Assembly: GCA_963598245.1 (NCBI GenBank) | Contig: CAVBSU010000001.1 | Coordinates: forward strand, 6,854-70,853 | Direction of reading: 5' to 3' | Length of the DNA stretch: 64,000 bases | From: Lachnospiraceae bacterium | GTDB lineage: Bacteria > Bacillota > Clostridia > Lachnospirales > Lachnospiraceae | Shown: positions 8,752 through 19,158 of the stretch, piece after piece | Position numbering within the stretch: the first letter of the stretch is position 1 | Layout: every line of letters starts with the position of its first letter | The notes under the pieces: generated by a model | The model's database searches: none | Seen by the model: only the letters and a program-made list of their open reading frames with translations | What the model was told of the DNA's origin: nothing | Program-made: the position numbers and the translations under genes

Positions 8752-9642
8752 TCAGCTCTCTACTTTTTCTATTTTGGAAGCCTCTACTGATATTCCGGAA
8801 AGGGCTCCTTCATAATAAACTCTTACTTCCTGTTCTTCTTCGATTCCGTTAAGCAATTCGGAAGCTGCGCTTACCTCAAAAGAACTGAGGTCATTTATAA
8901 CAGTCAAAAGTCCTGCCTCGGCATCAATTCCGTCTACCACTCCCGTAAAGTAGTTTGCCTTGGCATCTGCCGAATCTATGGCATCTGAGGCTACTATCTT
9001 TATGGCAATGGGCTGTGAAAAAGAGCTTTCTCCGCTGTCCCCATCCTCGGCATCATCTAAAACAGAGCCGGCATAGCTTATTACTACCGAATCCCCTGCC
9101 TTGAGCTCGCTGAAGGACACTGTGCGTGACATCTGATTATCGAAGGTTCTTTCCGTTCCGGATTCATCAATAATGGTGAAGTCATTGATATCATAAATGC
9201 TGACAGTTCCGTAAATCTCTGGATCTCTGTTTTCTATGGCAGCCTGCTGCTCGATATCCATAAGCAATGTCACGGTGGCCGCAGGCTTTACATCTCCTTC
9301 CACCTCTGCATACTCTGCCTCGACATCCGAACCTGTAAGGATAGGTGAATCTCCCTCTATCTCTGCATTGGTCGTATCAAATGTCATCGTTACGCCGTCT
9401 GCTGACAGTGTGAGTCTGTTGCTGCTTATGCTTGTGACTATTCCCTCGAAATATTGTGCTTCGTATTCCCCGGGAAGATCTATGACCTCCTCATTGGCAG
9501 TCTCAGTGCTGCCTGTTTCATTAGCTGCGCCGGTAGCTGCCGCCTCGGTTTCAACATTTTCTCCCTTGCCTCCGCAGGCTGTAGCTGCAATCGCAAAAGC
9601 TGCAATCGCCATAATGGCTGTGAATTTTTTCATCAATATCAT
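8752..9642 (-). CDS. acidic lipoprotein, function unknown
   Basis: Signal peptide with a lipobox (AIAATAC-GG). The mature part is rich in E/D/T/S and no catalytic motif was recognised. Confidence 0.6.
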   Translation of the reverse strand: MILMKKFTAIMAIAAFAIAATACGGKGENVETEAAATGAANETGSTETANEEVIDLPGEYEAQYFEGIVTSISSNRLTLSADGVTMTFDTTNAEIEGDSPILTGSDVEAEYAEVEGDVKPAATVTLLMDIEQQAAIENRDPEIYGTVSIYDINDFTIIDESGTERTFDNQMSRTVSFSELKAGDSVVISYAGSVLDDAEDGDSGESSFSQPIAIKIVASDAIDSADAKANYFTGVVDGIDAEAGLLTVINDLSSFEVSAASELLNGIEEEQEVRVYYEGALSGISVEASKIEKVES

Positions 9643-9770
9643 CTCCGTATCTTAATAATATCCTTTTTACAGTGCCAAGGTATTCTACTATAAACTCGTG
9701 TTCTTTTCCTGAAATAAATCTTAAATTTGATTTAATAGTGCCTTATGGCAGCTTATTTTTTATGTATGCC

Positions 9771-12038
9771 TCAGTTATTCTTATAATAGTTTATCAGGCA
9801 TCCGTCCGCAATAATCTGTCTTTCATCCTCTGTAAGCGGGCCTGTAGATGTAGCAAATTCGACTACACTTCCGTCCTTTTTTACGGCATAGGCAGTGATT
9901 GTTTCTGTGTTTTCAAGCACGGCTTTTCTAATCCCCGGTATGAAAATGTAGTCTCCGAGCTCTATAACTGACGGATCCTCGATAAGGAAAGGAACCATTC
10001 CCCAATTTATGCAGTTTGAACGATATCTCTTTGTAGCATAAGATTTTGCAAAGTTTGCCGATGCTCCCAGCACTCTCTGACAGGAAGCCGCCTGTTCTCT
10101 TGCCGAACCGTCTCCCGGAGACATTGCAAAAATGGCAGAGCCAATGTCCGTATTTACAGGATTGCTCTTTATACCGAATGCCGTGAGTTTTTCATAAACC
10201 CTTTCTATTTCCGGGGCAATGCTTCCGTTAGCTATTCTTTCTCTGTCACAGGCTCTTACGGCCTTGCTTCGCGCAGCATATTCAGGATCGCGCTTTGAGA
10301 GGGCAAATTCCGAGAGTTTTTCCGGATTAGAGCGATAGCTTGAGGTTTCTCCTGACGGAATAAGCTCATCCGTGGTTGTTACAGGGTCCTCTATATAGCT
10401 GCATACCTTCACCAGAAGATCCTCACTTAAAGCAGGCATGTGCGGCCAGTCTTTAATATTGGGTCCAAACTTAAGCTCATAATCAGGCTCTTCCTTTCCC
10501 CAGCCTGAATATACTCTCTTTTCATAAATACTGCCGTCATAGTTGTAATCAGGTGCAGTATACTCAACCTCAAGATCAGTAGCCGGTGTAAGCCTTCCTC
10601 CGTTAGCTGCGGTAGCAGCGATGGAGCGGCTGTCCATAAGTGCCACTGCCGAAAGCTGTCCCTCACCCGGCTTTGAGCCCTCACGATTAGGGAAGTTTCT
10701 GGTTGTATGACGGATGGAGAACTCTCCGTTTGCAGGGCAGTCTCCGGCACCAAAGCACGGACCGCAGAAGCATTCTCTCATAATAACACCGGCCTCGATC
10801 AAATCTGACACGGCTCCGTTTCTTACAAGCTCTGCGTATGCCGGCATACTTCCGGGATATACGCTTAATGTAAAGGTGCCGTTTCCGCAGCTTTTACCCT
10901 TTAATATGTCTGCCGCCGCCATTATTCCGTCTATAGTACCGCCTGCACAGCCGGCAATTTCTCCCTGATCCACATAGATATCCTTACCCTTAAGCTTGGA
11001 TTTTAAGTTGATTTCGGCACCGACTATCTGAGAGTTGACATTGACCTCCGTCTCATGAAGAATGTCCTCCGCATTTTCAAGAAGCTCTCTGATGGTATAG
11101 GTATTGGACGGGTGCATAGGCATAGCTATGGTACACTCTATCTTTGAAAGATCTACATAAATGCAGCCATCATAGTAGGCAGCCTCCGCAGGCTTTAATT
11201 CCCTGTAGTCATCAGGTCTTAAATGATTTTCGAAGTATTTTTTTGTTTCCCCGTCAGTCATCCACACGGAGCTCCAGCAGGTGGTCTCAGTAGTCATTAC
11301 ATCTATGGCATTTCTGTATTCTATGGGAAGTGCGGCGATTCCCGGTCCCACAAATTCCATGATTTTGTTTTTTACATATCCGTTTTTATAAACAGCCCCT
11401 ATGATGGACAGCACCACATCATGAGGTCCCACGCCGGGTCTCGGTTTTCCCGTAAGGTATACGGCAACAGTCTCCGGATATGCAAAGTCGTAAGTGCGAT
11501 TTAAAAGCTGCTTTGCAAGCTCTCCTCCGCCCTCTCCTATAGCCATGCATCCCAGTGCGCCGTATCTGGTATGAGAGTCGGTTCCGAGTATCATCTTGCC
11601 GCAGCCTGCCATTGTTTCACGATTATAGCTGTGAATATTTGCCATATTGGTCGGAACATAAATTCCGCCGAATTTATGTGCGGCAGAGAGTGCGAACTTG
11701 TGATCATCCTCGTTTATGGTTCCTCCAACTGCACACAGGCTGTTGTGACAGTTGGTAAGCACATAAGGAAGCGGAAATTTTGTAAGACCCGAGGCGCGGG
11801 CTGTCTGTATAACCCCCACATAGGTTATGTCATGACTTGTGAGCGAGTCAAACCTGAGCTTGAGCTTTTTCATATCATCAGACTTATTGTGAGACCTGAT
11901 TATGGAATAGGCGATTGTTCCCTCGGCTGCTTTGTCTGCTGAGGTTTCAATGCCTGTTTTCTGTTTAAGCTCCTCTGCACTTTCACAAAGCTCAGTGCCG
12001 TAAGCCAAAAAAACTCCCCTGTCATAAAGCTTTATCAT
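9771..12038 (-). CDS. aconitase-family hydratase (putative aconitate hydratase)
   Basis: 755 aa with GTDSHT, the Fe-S ligand region CFCGPCFGAGDC, and a swivel-domain motif GDGSAREQAA...RSNCINWGMVPF. Confidence 0.75.
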   Translation of the reverse strand: MIKLYDRGVFLAYGTELCESAEELKQKTGIETSADKAAEGTIAYSIIRSHNKSDDMKKLKLRFDSLTSHDITYVGVIQTARASGLTKFPLPYVLTNCHNSLCAVGGTINEDDHKFALSAAHKFGGIYVPTNMANIHSYNRETMAGCGKMILGTDSHTRYGALGCMAIGEGGGELAKQLLNRTYDFAYPETVAVYLTGKPRPGVGPHDVVLSIIGAVYKNGYVKNKIMEFVGPGIAALPIEYRNAIDVMTTETTCWSSVWMTDGETKKYFENHLRPDDYRELKPAEAAYYDGCIYVDLSKIECTIAMPMHPSNTYTIRELLENAEDILHETEVNVNSQIVGAEINLKSKLKGKDIYVDQGEIAGCAGGTIDGIMAAADILKGKSCGNGTFTLSVYPGSMPAYAELVRNGAVSDLIEAGVIMRECFCGPCFGAGDCPANGEFSIRHTTRNFPNREGSKPGEGQLSAVALMDSRSIAATAANGGRLTPATDLEVEYTAPDYNYDGSIYEKRVYSGWGKEEPDYELKFGPNIKDWPHMPALSEDLLVKVCSYIEDPVTTTDELIPSGETSSYRSNPEKLSEFALSKRDPEYAARSKAVRACDRERIANGSIAPEIERVYEKLTAFGIKSNPVNTDIGSAIFAMSPGDGSAREQAASCQRVLGASANFAKSYATKRYRSNCINWGMVPFLIEDPSVIELGDYIFIPGIRKAVLENTETITAYAVKKDGSVVEFATSTGPLTEDERQIIADGCLINYYKNN

Positions 12039-12236
12039 CTTTATTTCTCCTTATGCAAAGCCGCTTTTGCGGCTGAAAATATCTGTTCTCGACTGATGCC
12101 GATCGTTTCGCACTCATTGCTTTCGCAATCTTCACACATTATATATGAAATCCTGTACATTGACATTATAAATATTGATTTTTCTGCTATACTGTTGTAT
12201 GGATTGACGATAAAAGTATGTGAATCGGAGAATTTT

Positions 12237-13580
12237 ATGGATCTTTTTGATTATATGCGAGAAACAAATAAAAAAAGTGAAAGTCCGTTGGCTTCCCGCA
12301 TGCGTCCCGAGACATTGGATGAGATAGTAGGTCAGGAGCATATCATCGGAAAGGATAAGCTTTTATATCGTGCCATAAAGGCTGATAAGCTGGGGTCAAT
12401 ACTCTTTTTCGGACCTCCCGGTACCGGAAAAACCAGCATTGCCAAGGTTATCGCGCATACCACAAATGCCGAGTTTGAACAGCTCAATGCCACTACTGCC
12501 GGGAAAAAGGATATGGAGGATGTCATATCCCGTGCCAAACAAAATATGGCAGCCTATGCAAAAAACACTATCCTCTTTATAGATGAAATACATCGCTTTA
12601 ACAAGGCTCAGCAGGATTATCTGCTGCCTTTTGTGGAGGACGGAACCATTATACTTATAGGGGCAACCACCGAAAATCCGTATTTTGAGGTAAACCGTGC
12701 TCTCCTGTCCCGCTCCAGACTTTTTGAACTTAAGCCCTTAAGCTCAGCTGACATAAAAAAGCTTGTTTTTCGTGCCGTAAATGACGATAAAAAGGGTATG
12801 GGCATGTATCATGCGTATATAGATGAGCCTGCTGCCGATTTTATAAGTGATATTTCCGAAGGGGATGCCCGTACGGCACTTAACGCCGTAGAGCTTGCGG
12901 TACTCACTACAGACCCCGAGGCTGACGGACGCATCCATTTAAGCCTTGAGATCATGCAGGAATGCATCCAGAAGCGTGCCATCGGTTACGACAGGGATGG
13001 CAACAACCACTATGACACTATTTCAGCCTTTATAAAAAGCATGAGAGGCTCTGACCCCGATGCCGCCGTTTATTATCTGGCACGCATGCTTGAAGCAGGC
13101 GAGGATATAAAATTCATATCCCGCCGCATTATGATATGTGCCTCCGAGGATGTCGGGCTTGCCGATCCCATGGCGTTAAATGTTGCTGTCAATGCTTCTC
13201 TTGCCGTAGAGCGCGTCGGCATGCCGGAGGCTCGCATACTGCTTTCAGAGGCCGCCGTCTATGTGGCCACGGCTCCCAAATCAAATGCCGGCTATCTTGC
13301 CATAGATAAAGCACTGAATAAGGTCAGAGCAACCGGAAATCTGCCCATCCCCATATATCTCAGAGACATTCATTATGAGGACAGAGAAGCTGCCGGTGAG
13401 GGAACAGGCCGCTTTGCAGGAAACGGCACAGGCTATAAATACGCTCATGACTATCCGGGACACTATGTCGGGCAGCAGTATCTGCCGGATGAGATTAAAG
13501 ATGAATGCTTCTTTGAGCCGGGTCTTAACGGGTACGAAAATCGGATACACGATTATTTAAAAAAGATAGGGCGTGAATAA
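12237..13580 (+). CDS. rarA: replication-associated recombination protein A (AAA+ ATPase)
   Basis: MDLFDY...RMRPETLDEIVGQEHI, Walker [19 protein letters not shown] chose the ATG at 12237 (RBS GGAG) rather than the 47-codon upstream extension in the ORF track. Confidence 0.9.
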   Translation: MDLFDYMRETNKKSESPLASRMRPETLDEIVGQEHIIGKDKLLYRAIKADKLGSILFFGPPGTGKTSIAKVIAHTTNAEFEQLNATTAGKKDMEDVISRAKQNMAAYAKNTILFIDEIHRFNKAQQDYLLPFVEDGTIILIGATTENPYFEVNRALLSRSRLFELKPLSSADIKKLVFRAVNDDKKGMGMYHAYIDEPAADFISDISEGDARTALNAVELAVLTTDPEADGRIHLSLEIMQECIQKRAIGYDRDGNNHYDTISAFIKSMRGSDPDAAVYYLARMLEAGEDIKFISRRIMICASEDVGLADPMALNVAVNASLAVERVGMPEARILLSEAAVYVATAPKSNAGYLAIDKALNKVRATGNLPIPIYLRDIHYEDREAAGEGTGRFAGNGTGYKYAHDYPGHYVGQQYLPDEIKDECFFEPGLNGYENRIHDYLKKIGRE

Positions 13581-13785
13581 TTTTTGATTTTTCTACTTCT
13601 TACAATATCGCGACAAATTCATGAAAATTGAATGTAATCCGATACAAGAAATCATATTTTTATTATAATAGACCCTGTAAATTTAATGTAACCTGATGAC
13701 AGGCTTTGAAAATCTTTGTATTATAAACCTGTCACAAAAGAATATATTCAAAAATCTTTTAATTTTTCATGAGGGGGACAAATCC

Positions 13786-14631
13786 ATGAAATTAAAGAAA
13801 CTGGCTATGGCAGCTATGGCAGCTGCTTTGGCTCTGGGCATGTCGATGACATCTTTTGCTGAGATCGGATATTACGAGTGGTATACCAGCAGATATGGCG
13901 ATTATCCTTATCTTACTGATGAAGACATTCAGTCTGATCCCGTATATTATCAGTATCTCAGTGAAGTTTACGGCTACAATTCAACAGGTGACTATGACTA
14001 CAGCACTGACTATTATTATGATTACTATTATGATTATGACGGCTCCTATTATGCTTATGTTGAGGATGCCTATTGGAGCGGAACCACAGCAAAATGGGAC
14101 ATTGACGGAAAAGCAAGCAAGTATCAGATAAGAATTTACAGAGATAATACCAAGCTTGCCTCCAAGGACACAAAAAGCAAGAGCTATGGTCTTTCAAGCT
14201 ACATCACAAGAGCAGGTTATTACTACTTTGAGATAAGAGCTTATAATAAGTATAGTGGCTGGTCTTCATGGGTATCCTCAGATGACAAGTATTTTTCAGG
14301 CGGAAGCAGCACCAGCTCCGGCACCGGAAACAGTGCAGTTTATGTTATAAACTCCAACGGTCCGACGACTCAGGCTCAATGGATACAGGCAGCTGACGGC
14401 TCCGGCAAATGGTGGTACAGACACGCTGACGGCGGATATACAAAAAGCGGCTGGGAGATGATCAGCAATAAATGGTACTACTTCGATGAATCCGGCTGGA
14501 TGAAGACAGGCTGGCTTAACATTAACGGTGCCACCTATTATCTCGGATCCGACGGTGCTATGCTCACAGGCTACAATGTCATTGACGGCGCAGCACATAA
14601 CTTCGACTCTTCGGGCAAAATGATCAACTAA
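13786..14631 (+). CDS. secreted protein with Tyr/Asp-rich tract and C-terminal cell-wall-binding (choline-binding type) repeats
   Basis: Signal peptide MKLKKLAMAAMAAALALG, RBS GAGGGGGA. The GW/YYF repeats include GWEMISNKWYYFDESGWMKTGW and NGATYYLGSDGAMLTG. Confidence 0.75.
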   Translation: MKLKKLAMAAMAAALALGMSMTSFAEIGYYEWYTSRYGDYPYLTDEDIQSDPVYYQYLSEVYGYNSTGDYDYSTDYYYDYYYDYDGSYYAYVEDAYWSGTTAKWDIDGKASKYQIRIYRDNTKLASKDTKSKSYGLSSYITRAGYYYFEIRAYNKYSGWSSWVSSDDKYFSGGSSTSSGTGNSAVYVINSNGPTTQAQWIQAADGSGKWWYRHADGGYTKSGWEMISNKWYYFDESGWMKTGWLNINGATYYLGSDGAMLTGYNVIDGAAHNFDSSGKMIN

Positions 14632-14680
14632 AAACCTCATACCCTGCAACTTTTTTAAACATTAACTATCATCAACTATT

Positions 14681-14726
14681 AAAAAGCTGAGACTTTTTAT
14701 TTACAGGCAGTCTCAGCTTTCTTTTT
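14681..14726. terminator. bidirectional intrinsic terminator
   Basis: AGCTGAGACT/AGTCTCAGCT perfect 10-bp stem, with an A-run 5' and a T-run 3'. It sits between convergent genes. Confidence 0.75.
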
Positions 14727-14792
14727 GGCTCTGCCGCTTTTTCGGCAGTTGTTCCGCATGTGCGGTGCGTTGATATCAGTAAAAATGAAAAT

Positions 14793-15272
14793 TTATTCTT
14801 CCGCAAGATTTTTCATCAGATTTACCATCTCTATAGCAGAAAGAGCGCAGTCATAACCTTTATTGCCGGCCTTGGAGCCCGCGCGTTCTATGGCCTGCTC
14901 GATATTTTCGGTTGTAATAACACCGAAAAGCACCGGGATCCCGGCTTTTAAGCCAACCTGTGCAATTCCCTTTGCCGTTTCATTTACCACAAGCTCATAA
15001 TGCGTTGTTGAACCTCTTATCACGGCTCCCACGCATATGACGGCATCGTATTTTCCGCTGTCCGCCATTTTCTCCGCAATCACAGGAATCTCAAAAGCTC
15101 CCGGAACCCAGCACGCATCTATATCTGATTCTTCAACGCCGTGACGCACCAGACCGTCCACCGCTCCGTCCAGGAGCTTTTGGACTATAAAGCTGTTGAA
15201 CCTGGATGCCACTATTCCGACTCTCATGCCGTTTTTTGCTACTACATTTCCCTCAATTAAATTGATACTCAT
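14793..15272 (-). CDS. ribH: 6,7-dimethyl-8-ribityllumazine synthase
   Basis: 159 aa (VASRFN...WVPGAFEIP...[12 protein letters not shown]), last gene of the rib operon. Confidence 0.95.
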   Translation of the reverse strand: MSINLIEGNVVAKNGMRVGIVASRFNSFIVQKLLDGAVDGLVRHGVEESDIDACWVPGAFEIPVIAEKMADSGKYDAVICVGAVIRGSTTHYELVVNETAKGIAQVGLKAGIPVLFGVITTENIEQAIERAGSKAGNKGYDCALSAIEMVNLMKNLAEE

Positions 15273-15300
15273 GTCAATGTCTCCTTTTCTTATTTCAAAA

Positions 15301-16521
15301 TCATCCGAATTTTATGCTTCTGAATACATGTCCCATCTTTTCCTGCTTGGTCTTAAGATATTTGACATCATATTTCTGCGGCTCTATCTCGATGGGCACT
15401 CTTTCCTTTATCACAAAATCAAATCCCTCAAGTCCGTATATTTTGCTCGGATTATTGGTAAGAAGCCTTATTGATTTTATTCCGAGATCCTGCAAGATCT
15501 GCGCTCCTGACCAGTATTCTCTCAAATCCGGTGCAAAGCCCAGCTCCACATTGGCTTCCACCGTGTCGCGCCCGTTTTCCTGAAGCTCGTAGGCTTTAAG
15601 CTTATTTATAAGGCCTATTCCTCTGCCCTCCTGCCTCATATAAAGAATGACACCTCTGCCCTCTCTCTGTATACGCTCCATGGCTGTTTTCAGCTGTGCG
15701 CCGCAGTCACAGCGGCTTGAGCTGAAAACATCTCCCGTAAGGCATTCCGAGTGAACTCTCACCAATATATCCTCGCCATCCCCTATTTTGCCGCAGACTA
15801 AGGCTATATGATGCTCACCTGTAATGTCATTGACATAGCCCTTTATCCTGAAATCGCCATATGAGGTGGGCAGCTTTGCACTTGCCTCACAGTGCATGTG
15901 CTGTTCTCTGCGTCTTAGGTAATTTTGCAGGTCATGAATATTTATAAATTTCAGACCGAACCTGTCCGCAAGCTCCCAAAGCTCGGTCGTGCGCATCATA
16001 GTGCCGTCCTCGCGCATGATCTCGCAGCAAAGACCACACTCGGAAAGTCCCGCAAGCCTGCAAAGATCAACCGTAGCCTCTGTATGCCCGTTTCTCGTGA
16101 GCACCCCGCCGTGACGAGCCACAAGCGGAAACATATGCCCCGGACGCCTGAAGTCCTCCGGCTTGGTGTCATCAGCTATGCACTTTCTGGCTGTATAGCC
16201 CCTCTCCTTTGCCGAAATTCCTGTCGTAGTATCGATGTGGTCTATCGAAACTGTAAATGCAGTGCAGTGGTTATCCGTATTTTCACTCACCATCTGCGGA
16301 AGATTGAGACTGTGCGCAAGTTCATAGGACATTGGCATGCAAATAAGTCCTCTTGCATGCTGTGCCATGAAATTGACATTTTCAGTAGTTGCAAACTGTG
16401 CCGCACAGATAAGATCTCCTTCGTTTTCCCTGTCAGGATCGTCAGTGCAAATGATAAGCTTCCCTGCCTTAAGCTCCTCCAGAGCTTCCTCTATTGTGTT
16501 GAATTTTCTGTCTTTATCCAT
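15301..16521 (-). CDS. ribBA: bifunctional 3,4-dihydroxy-2-butanone-4-phosphate synthase / GTP cyclohydrolase II
   Basis: 406 aa with DRENEGDL and HTEA (DHBP synthase), then [11 protein letters not shown] and RCDCG (GCH II). Confidence 0.95.
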   Translation of the reverse strand: MDKDRKFNTIEEALEELKAGKLIICTDDPDRENEGDLICAAQFATTENVNFMAQHARGLICMPMSYELAHSLNLPQMVSENTDNHCTAFTVSIDHIDTTTGISAKERGYTARKCIADDTKPEDFRRPGHMFPLVARHGGVLTRNGHTEATVDLCRLAGLSECGLCCEIMREDGTMMRTTELWELADRFGLKFINIHDLQNYLRRREQHMHCEASAKLPTSYGDFRIKGYVNDITGEHHIALVCGKIGDGEDILVRVHSECLTGDVFSSSRCDCGAQLKTAMERIQREGRGVILYMRQEGRGIGLINKLKAYELQENGRDTVEANVELGFAPDLREYWSGAQILQDLGIKSIRLLTNNPSKIYGLEGFDFVIKERVPIEIEPQKYDVKYLKTKQEKMGHVFRSIKFG

Positions 16522-16554
16522 ATCCGTCTCCCTTTAACCGAAACTCGCCGAATT

Positions 16555-17259
16555 TCAAAATCCGTTTGCCTCCAAATACTCAAGCGAAAGCATGCTTTCT
16601 TTAAAGTCGCCGTCCTTTGCTTTATTATTGTCCGATAACGCCCCTGCGCTGTCTGTCACTGCTGTATCTGCCTTGTGATTTAACAGTCTTTTTACATATT
16701 TCCCGATAATATCATTTTCAAGATTTACCGCCTCTCCCTCATGCTTTTTAATCAGTGTGGTCTCCGAAGCCGTATGCGGTATGATCGACACTGAAAAGCT
16801 TGTCTCATCCAGCTTTGCCACTGTAAGGCTGATTCCGTCAATGACTATCGATCCTTTTTCTACGATGAGCCCTAATATCTTTTCATCGGCCCTTATTCTG
16901 ACCCAAACAGCATTGGATTCTCTTGTCATTGCCATTATGGTCCCGATGCCGTCTATGTGGCCCGAAACTATATGACCGCCGAATCTTCCGTCCGCAGGCA
17001 TTGCCCTTTCAAGGTTCACCTTACTGCCTGCTCCAAGCGTTCCGAGATTGGTGCGCCTCAGGGTTTCCGGCATAACATCGGCCGTAAAGGAATCCCCTTT
17101 TTTATTCGTCACCGTAAGACATACACCGTTTACACTGATGCTGTCTCCGAGCTTCGTTCCTCCAAGAACCCTTCCCGCTGTTATTTCAATTTCTCCGCTT
17201 TGTGCTCCTGCCGTAACCCTTTTTACAGTTCCGATTTCTTCAACTATTCCGGTAAACAT
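16555..17259 (-). CDS. ribE: riboflavin synthase alpha subunit
   Basis: MFTGIVEEIG...GDSISVNGVCLTV, with the duplicated lumazine-binding repeat DGISLTV. Confidence 0.9.
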   Translation of the reverse strand: MFTGIVEEIGTVKRVTAGAQSGEIEITAGRVLGGTKLGDSISVNGVCLTVTNKKGDSFTADVMPETLRRTNLGTLGAGSKVNLERAMPADGRFGGHIVSGHIDGIGTIMAMTRESNAVWVRIRADEKILGLIVEKGSIVIDGISLTVAKLDETSFSVSIIPHTASETTLIKKHEGEAVNLENDIIGKYVKRLLNHKADTAVTDSAGALSDNNKAKDGDFKESMLSLEYLEANGF

Positions 17260-17319
17260 TCAGCCTCCGCCTTTTTGATTTGTATGATGATGCCGCGACA
17301 TTTTTTCTCCTCATCATTA

Positions 17320-18498
17320 TTAAATATCTCCTTCAATAAGTATGTCCTCTCCCAGCCTGATAATGCTTTGATTTTTGAGCATGAACGCATCCTTCGGAAG
17401 CTCTATGCCGTCTCCTTCAACCGGTGTTTTTGCATTTCTTCCGCCGAAAAGCTTCGGTGCAATATATGCGCATATATGGTTTACGATTCCGGCTTTTAGG
17501 GCTTCATAGTGGATTGTCCCTCCGCCCTCTATTAAAACAGAGTCTATATCTTTATTTCCCAATACCTGCATAAGTGCTTTCAAATCGACCTGCTTTTTTT
17601 TGCCGGCGGAGCTTTTCTCTGTTTCCGGCATATTAAGGACATTTATGCCGCATTTTTCAAGCTCTGCTCTTTTTCTGCTCTTTTCAAATTTTTCTTCATC
17701 CATTGCACAGACAACCATCGTTTTATATTCGGATGCAGTCCTTACGATTTTGCTTTCAGGAGGAATTCTCAGTCTGCTGTCACATATAATTCTTAACGGC
17801 TGATGAATTTCATTATCAGAAAGTAGCTTATCTGCATCGCCGTCTCTTTCCTGTTTTTTGTTCTCAGTGCGGGCATTCAATAAGGGATCGTCCCTTAAAA
17901 CCGTCTCTATCCCTGCCATAACGGCGGCATATTTGCTTCTCAGCTCATGCACATGAGCTCTTGCCCTTTCTCCGGTTATCCACTTTGATGCTCCTGTGTA
18001 TGTGGCTATCTTTCCGTCCAGAGTCATTGCATATTTTATTGTTACATAAGGCTCTTTTTTTATTATGTAATGCATAAATATCGGATTTATATCATTACAT
18101 TCTTCATTCATGAAATCCTCTGTCACCTCTATGCCATGTTCTCTTAATATCCCTGCTCCTTTTCCTGCAACCTTCGGATTGGGATCTCTTGAGCCGATAA
18201 ATACTCTTTTGATGCCCTTTTCTATAATTATGTCCGTACACGGAGGCGTTTTCCCCTGATGACAGCATGGCTCTAAAGTGACATAAAGTGTTGCCCCCAT
18301 AGCTTTTTTGTCATCACATTTTAAGAGTGCATTTCTTTCCGCATGACATTCTCCGCAGCGATGGTGATAATCCTCTGCTATAATTTCTCCGTCCTTTACC
18401 AGTACGGCACCTACCATCGGATTCGGGTTTGTCCATCCCGCTCCCTTTTTTGCAAGCTCTATAGCTCTCAGCATGTAATCGGCATGAGTCATTGGCAT
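17320..18498 (-). CDS. ribD: bifunctional riboflavin deaminase/reductase
   Basis: HAERNAL...LEPCCHQGKTPPC deaminase motif followed by a reductase half. The start is at MPMTHADY (18498 or 18492, RBS GGAGG), because the 5' extension in the ORF track would run through the riboswitch terminator. Confidence 0.9.
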   Translation of the reverse strand: MPMTHADYMLRAIELAKKGAGWTNPNPMVGAVLVKDGEIIAEDYHHRCGECHAERNALLKCDDKKAMGATLYVTLEPCCHQGKTPPCTDIIIEKGIKRVFIGSRDPNPKVAGKGAGILREHGIEVTEDFMNEECNDINPIFMHYIIKKEPYVTIKYAMTLDGKIATYTGASKWITGERARAHVHELRSKYAAVMAGIETVLRDDPLLNARTENKKQERDGDADKLLSDNEIHQPLRIICDSRLRIPPESKIVRTASEYKTMVVCAMDEEKFEKSRKRAELEKCGINVLNMPETEKSSAGKKKQVDLKALMQVLGNKDIDSVLIEGGGTIHYEALKAGIVNHICAYIAPKLFGGRNAKTPVEGDGIELPKDAFMLKNQSIIRLGEDILIEGDI

Positions 18499-18520
18499 AC
18501 CTCCGTTCGGAATTATTTCA

Positions 18521-18550
18521 ATAAAAAACGCCCTGATAAAAATCAAGGCG
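18521..18550 (-). terminator. riboswitch expression-platform terminator
   Basis: On the minus strand, CGCCUUGAU-UUUU-AUCAGGGCG (9 bp including one G-U) followed by UUUUUU. Confidence 0.75.
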
Positions 18551-18618
18551 AAAACAATGCATCGGCTTTAAATACTAAAACTATGACGCAAAAAACAGAA
18601 ATACTCTCATATTTCCTT

Positions 18619-18724
18619 ATCTTCTTTCATCCGGACTATACCGTCGGCCGCGGAATTTCACCGCATCATGCAAAATGCTCGTGGGCTGTACCACCGGTGG
18701 GGAATTTCACCCCGCCCTGAAGAT
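18619..18724 (-). promoter_or_regulatory. FMN riboswitch (RFN element)
   Basis: The minus strand reads AUCUUCAGGGCGGGGUGAAAUUCCCCACCGGUGGUACAGCCCACGAGC...GCGGUGAAAUUCCGCGGCCGACGGUAUAGUCCGGAUGAAAGAAGAU. This matches conserved RFN blocks with P1 AUCUUC/GAAGAU, and it lies upstream of ribD. Confidence 0.9.
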
Positions 18725-18843
18725 CTCTGCCTAAGCTGTCTGTTTTATATAGACGCTTAAGCTATTCGATTGTAAATCCAATCCTTCCCGGAAAGGACTA
18801 TTTGATATTACTATGCATGCTTTAATATGTAAAGCTGTTTTTT

Positions 18844-19158
18844 TCATACCATCATGTTGTACGGCCAGCCTATAAGGCTTCCCAGATCATATACTCTTGT
18901 ATATCCTATGCTGCTCAGGTATTCGGCTGCCTCCGCACTTCTGACTCCGGTTCTGCAATAAACCATAACGGGAGTATCCTTTGTCTTGAGAAATTCCTTT
19001 ATGGACTCTTCATTTATGGAGTCTACCGGAAGAAGCTCTGCTTCCGTGGGATGCCCTGTTATATATTCCTCTTCATCACGGACATCCAGCATGACAATAT
19101 CCGGTTCACTGTCCAAAAGCTCCTTTGCCTGCTTAAAGTTTATTTTCTGATAATTCAT
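18844..19158 (-). CDS. rhodanese-like domain protein
   Basis: 104 aa with the active-site loop VYCRTGVRS. Confidence 0.85.
   Translation of the reverse strand: MNYQKINFKQAKELLDSEPDIVMLDVRDEEEYITGHPTEAELLPVDSINEESIKEFLKTKDTPVMVYCRTGVRSAEAAEYLSSIGYTRVYDLGSLIGWPYNMMV

Noticed and set aside
12096-12236. N-terminal extension of rarA in the ORF-track frame
   Set aside because: The extension is AT-rich and has a non-protein-like composition. It contains promoter-like sequence and is followed by a well-placed RBS plus ATG at 12237. The same reasoning was applied to 13696-13785, 28817-28855, 43431-43454, 43900-44019, 45580-45606 and 48433-48579.
18499-18546. 5' extension of ribD
   Set aside because: It would place coding sequence inside the FMN riboswitch terminator hairpin (18521-18550). 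MPMTHADY, preceded by GGAGG, is the conserved-type N-terminus.
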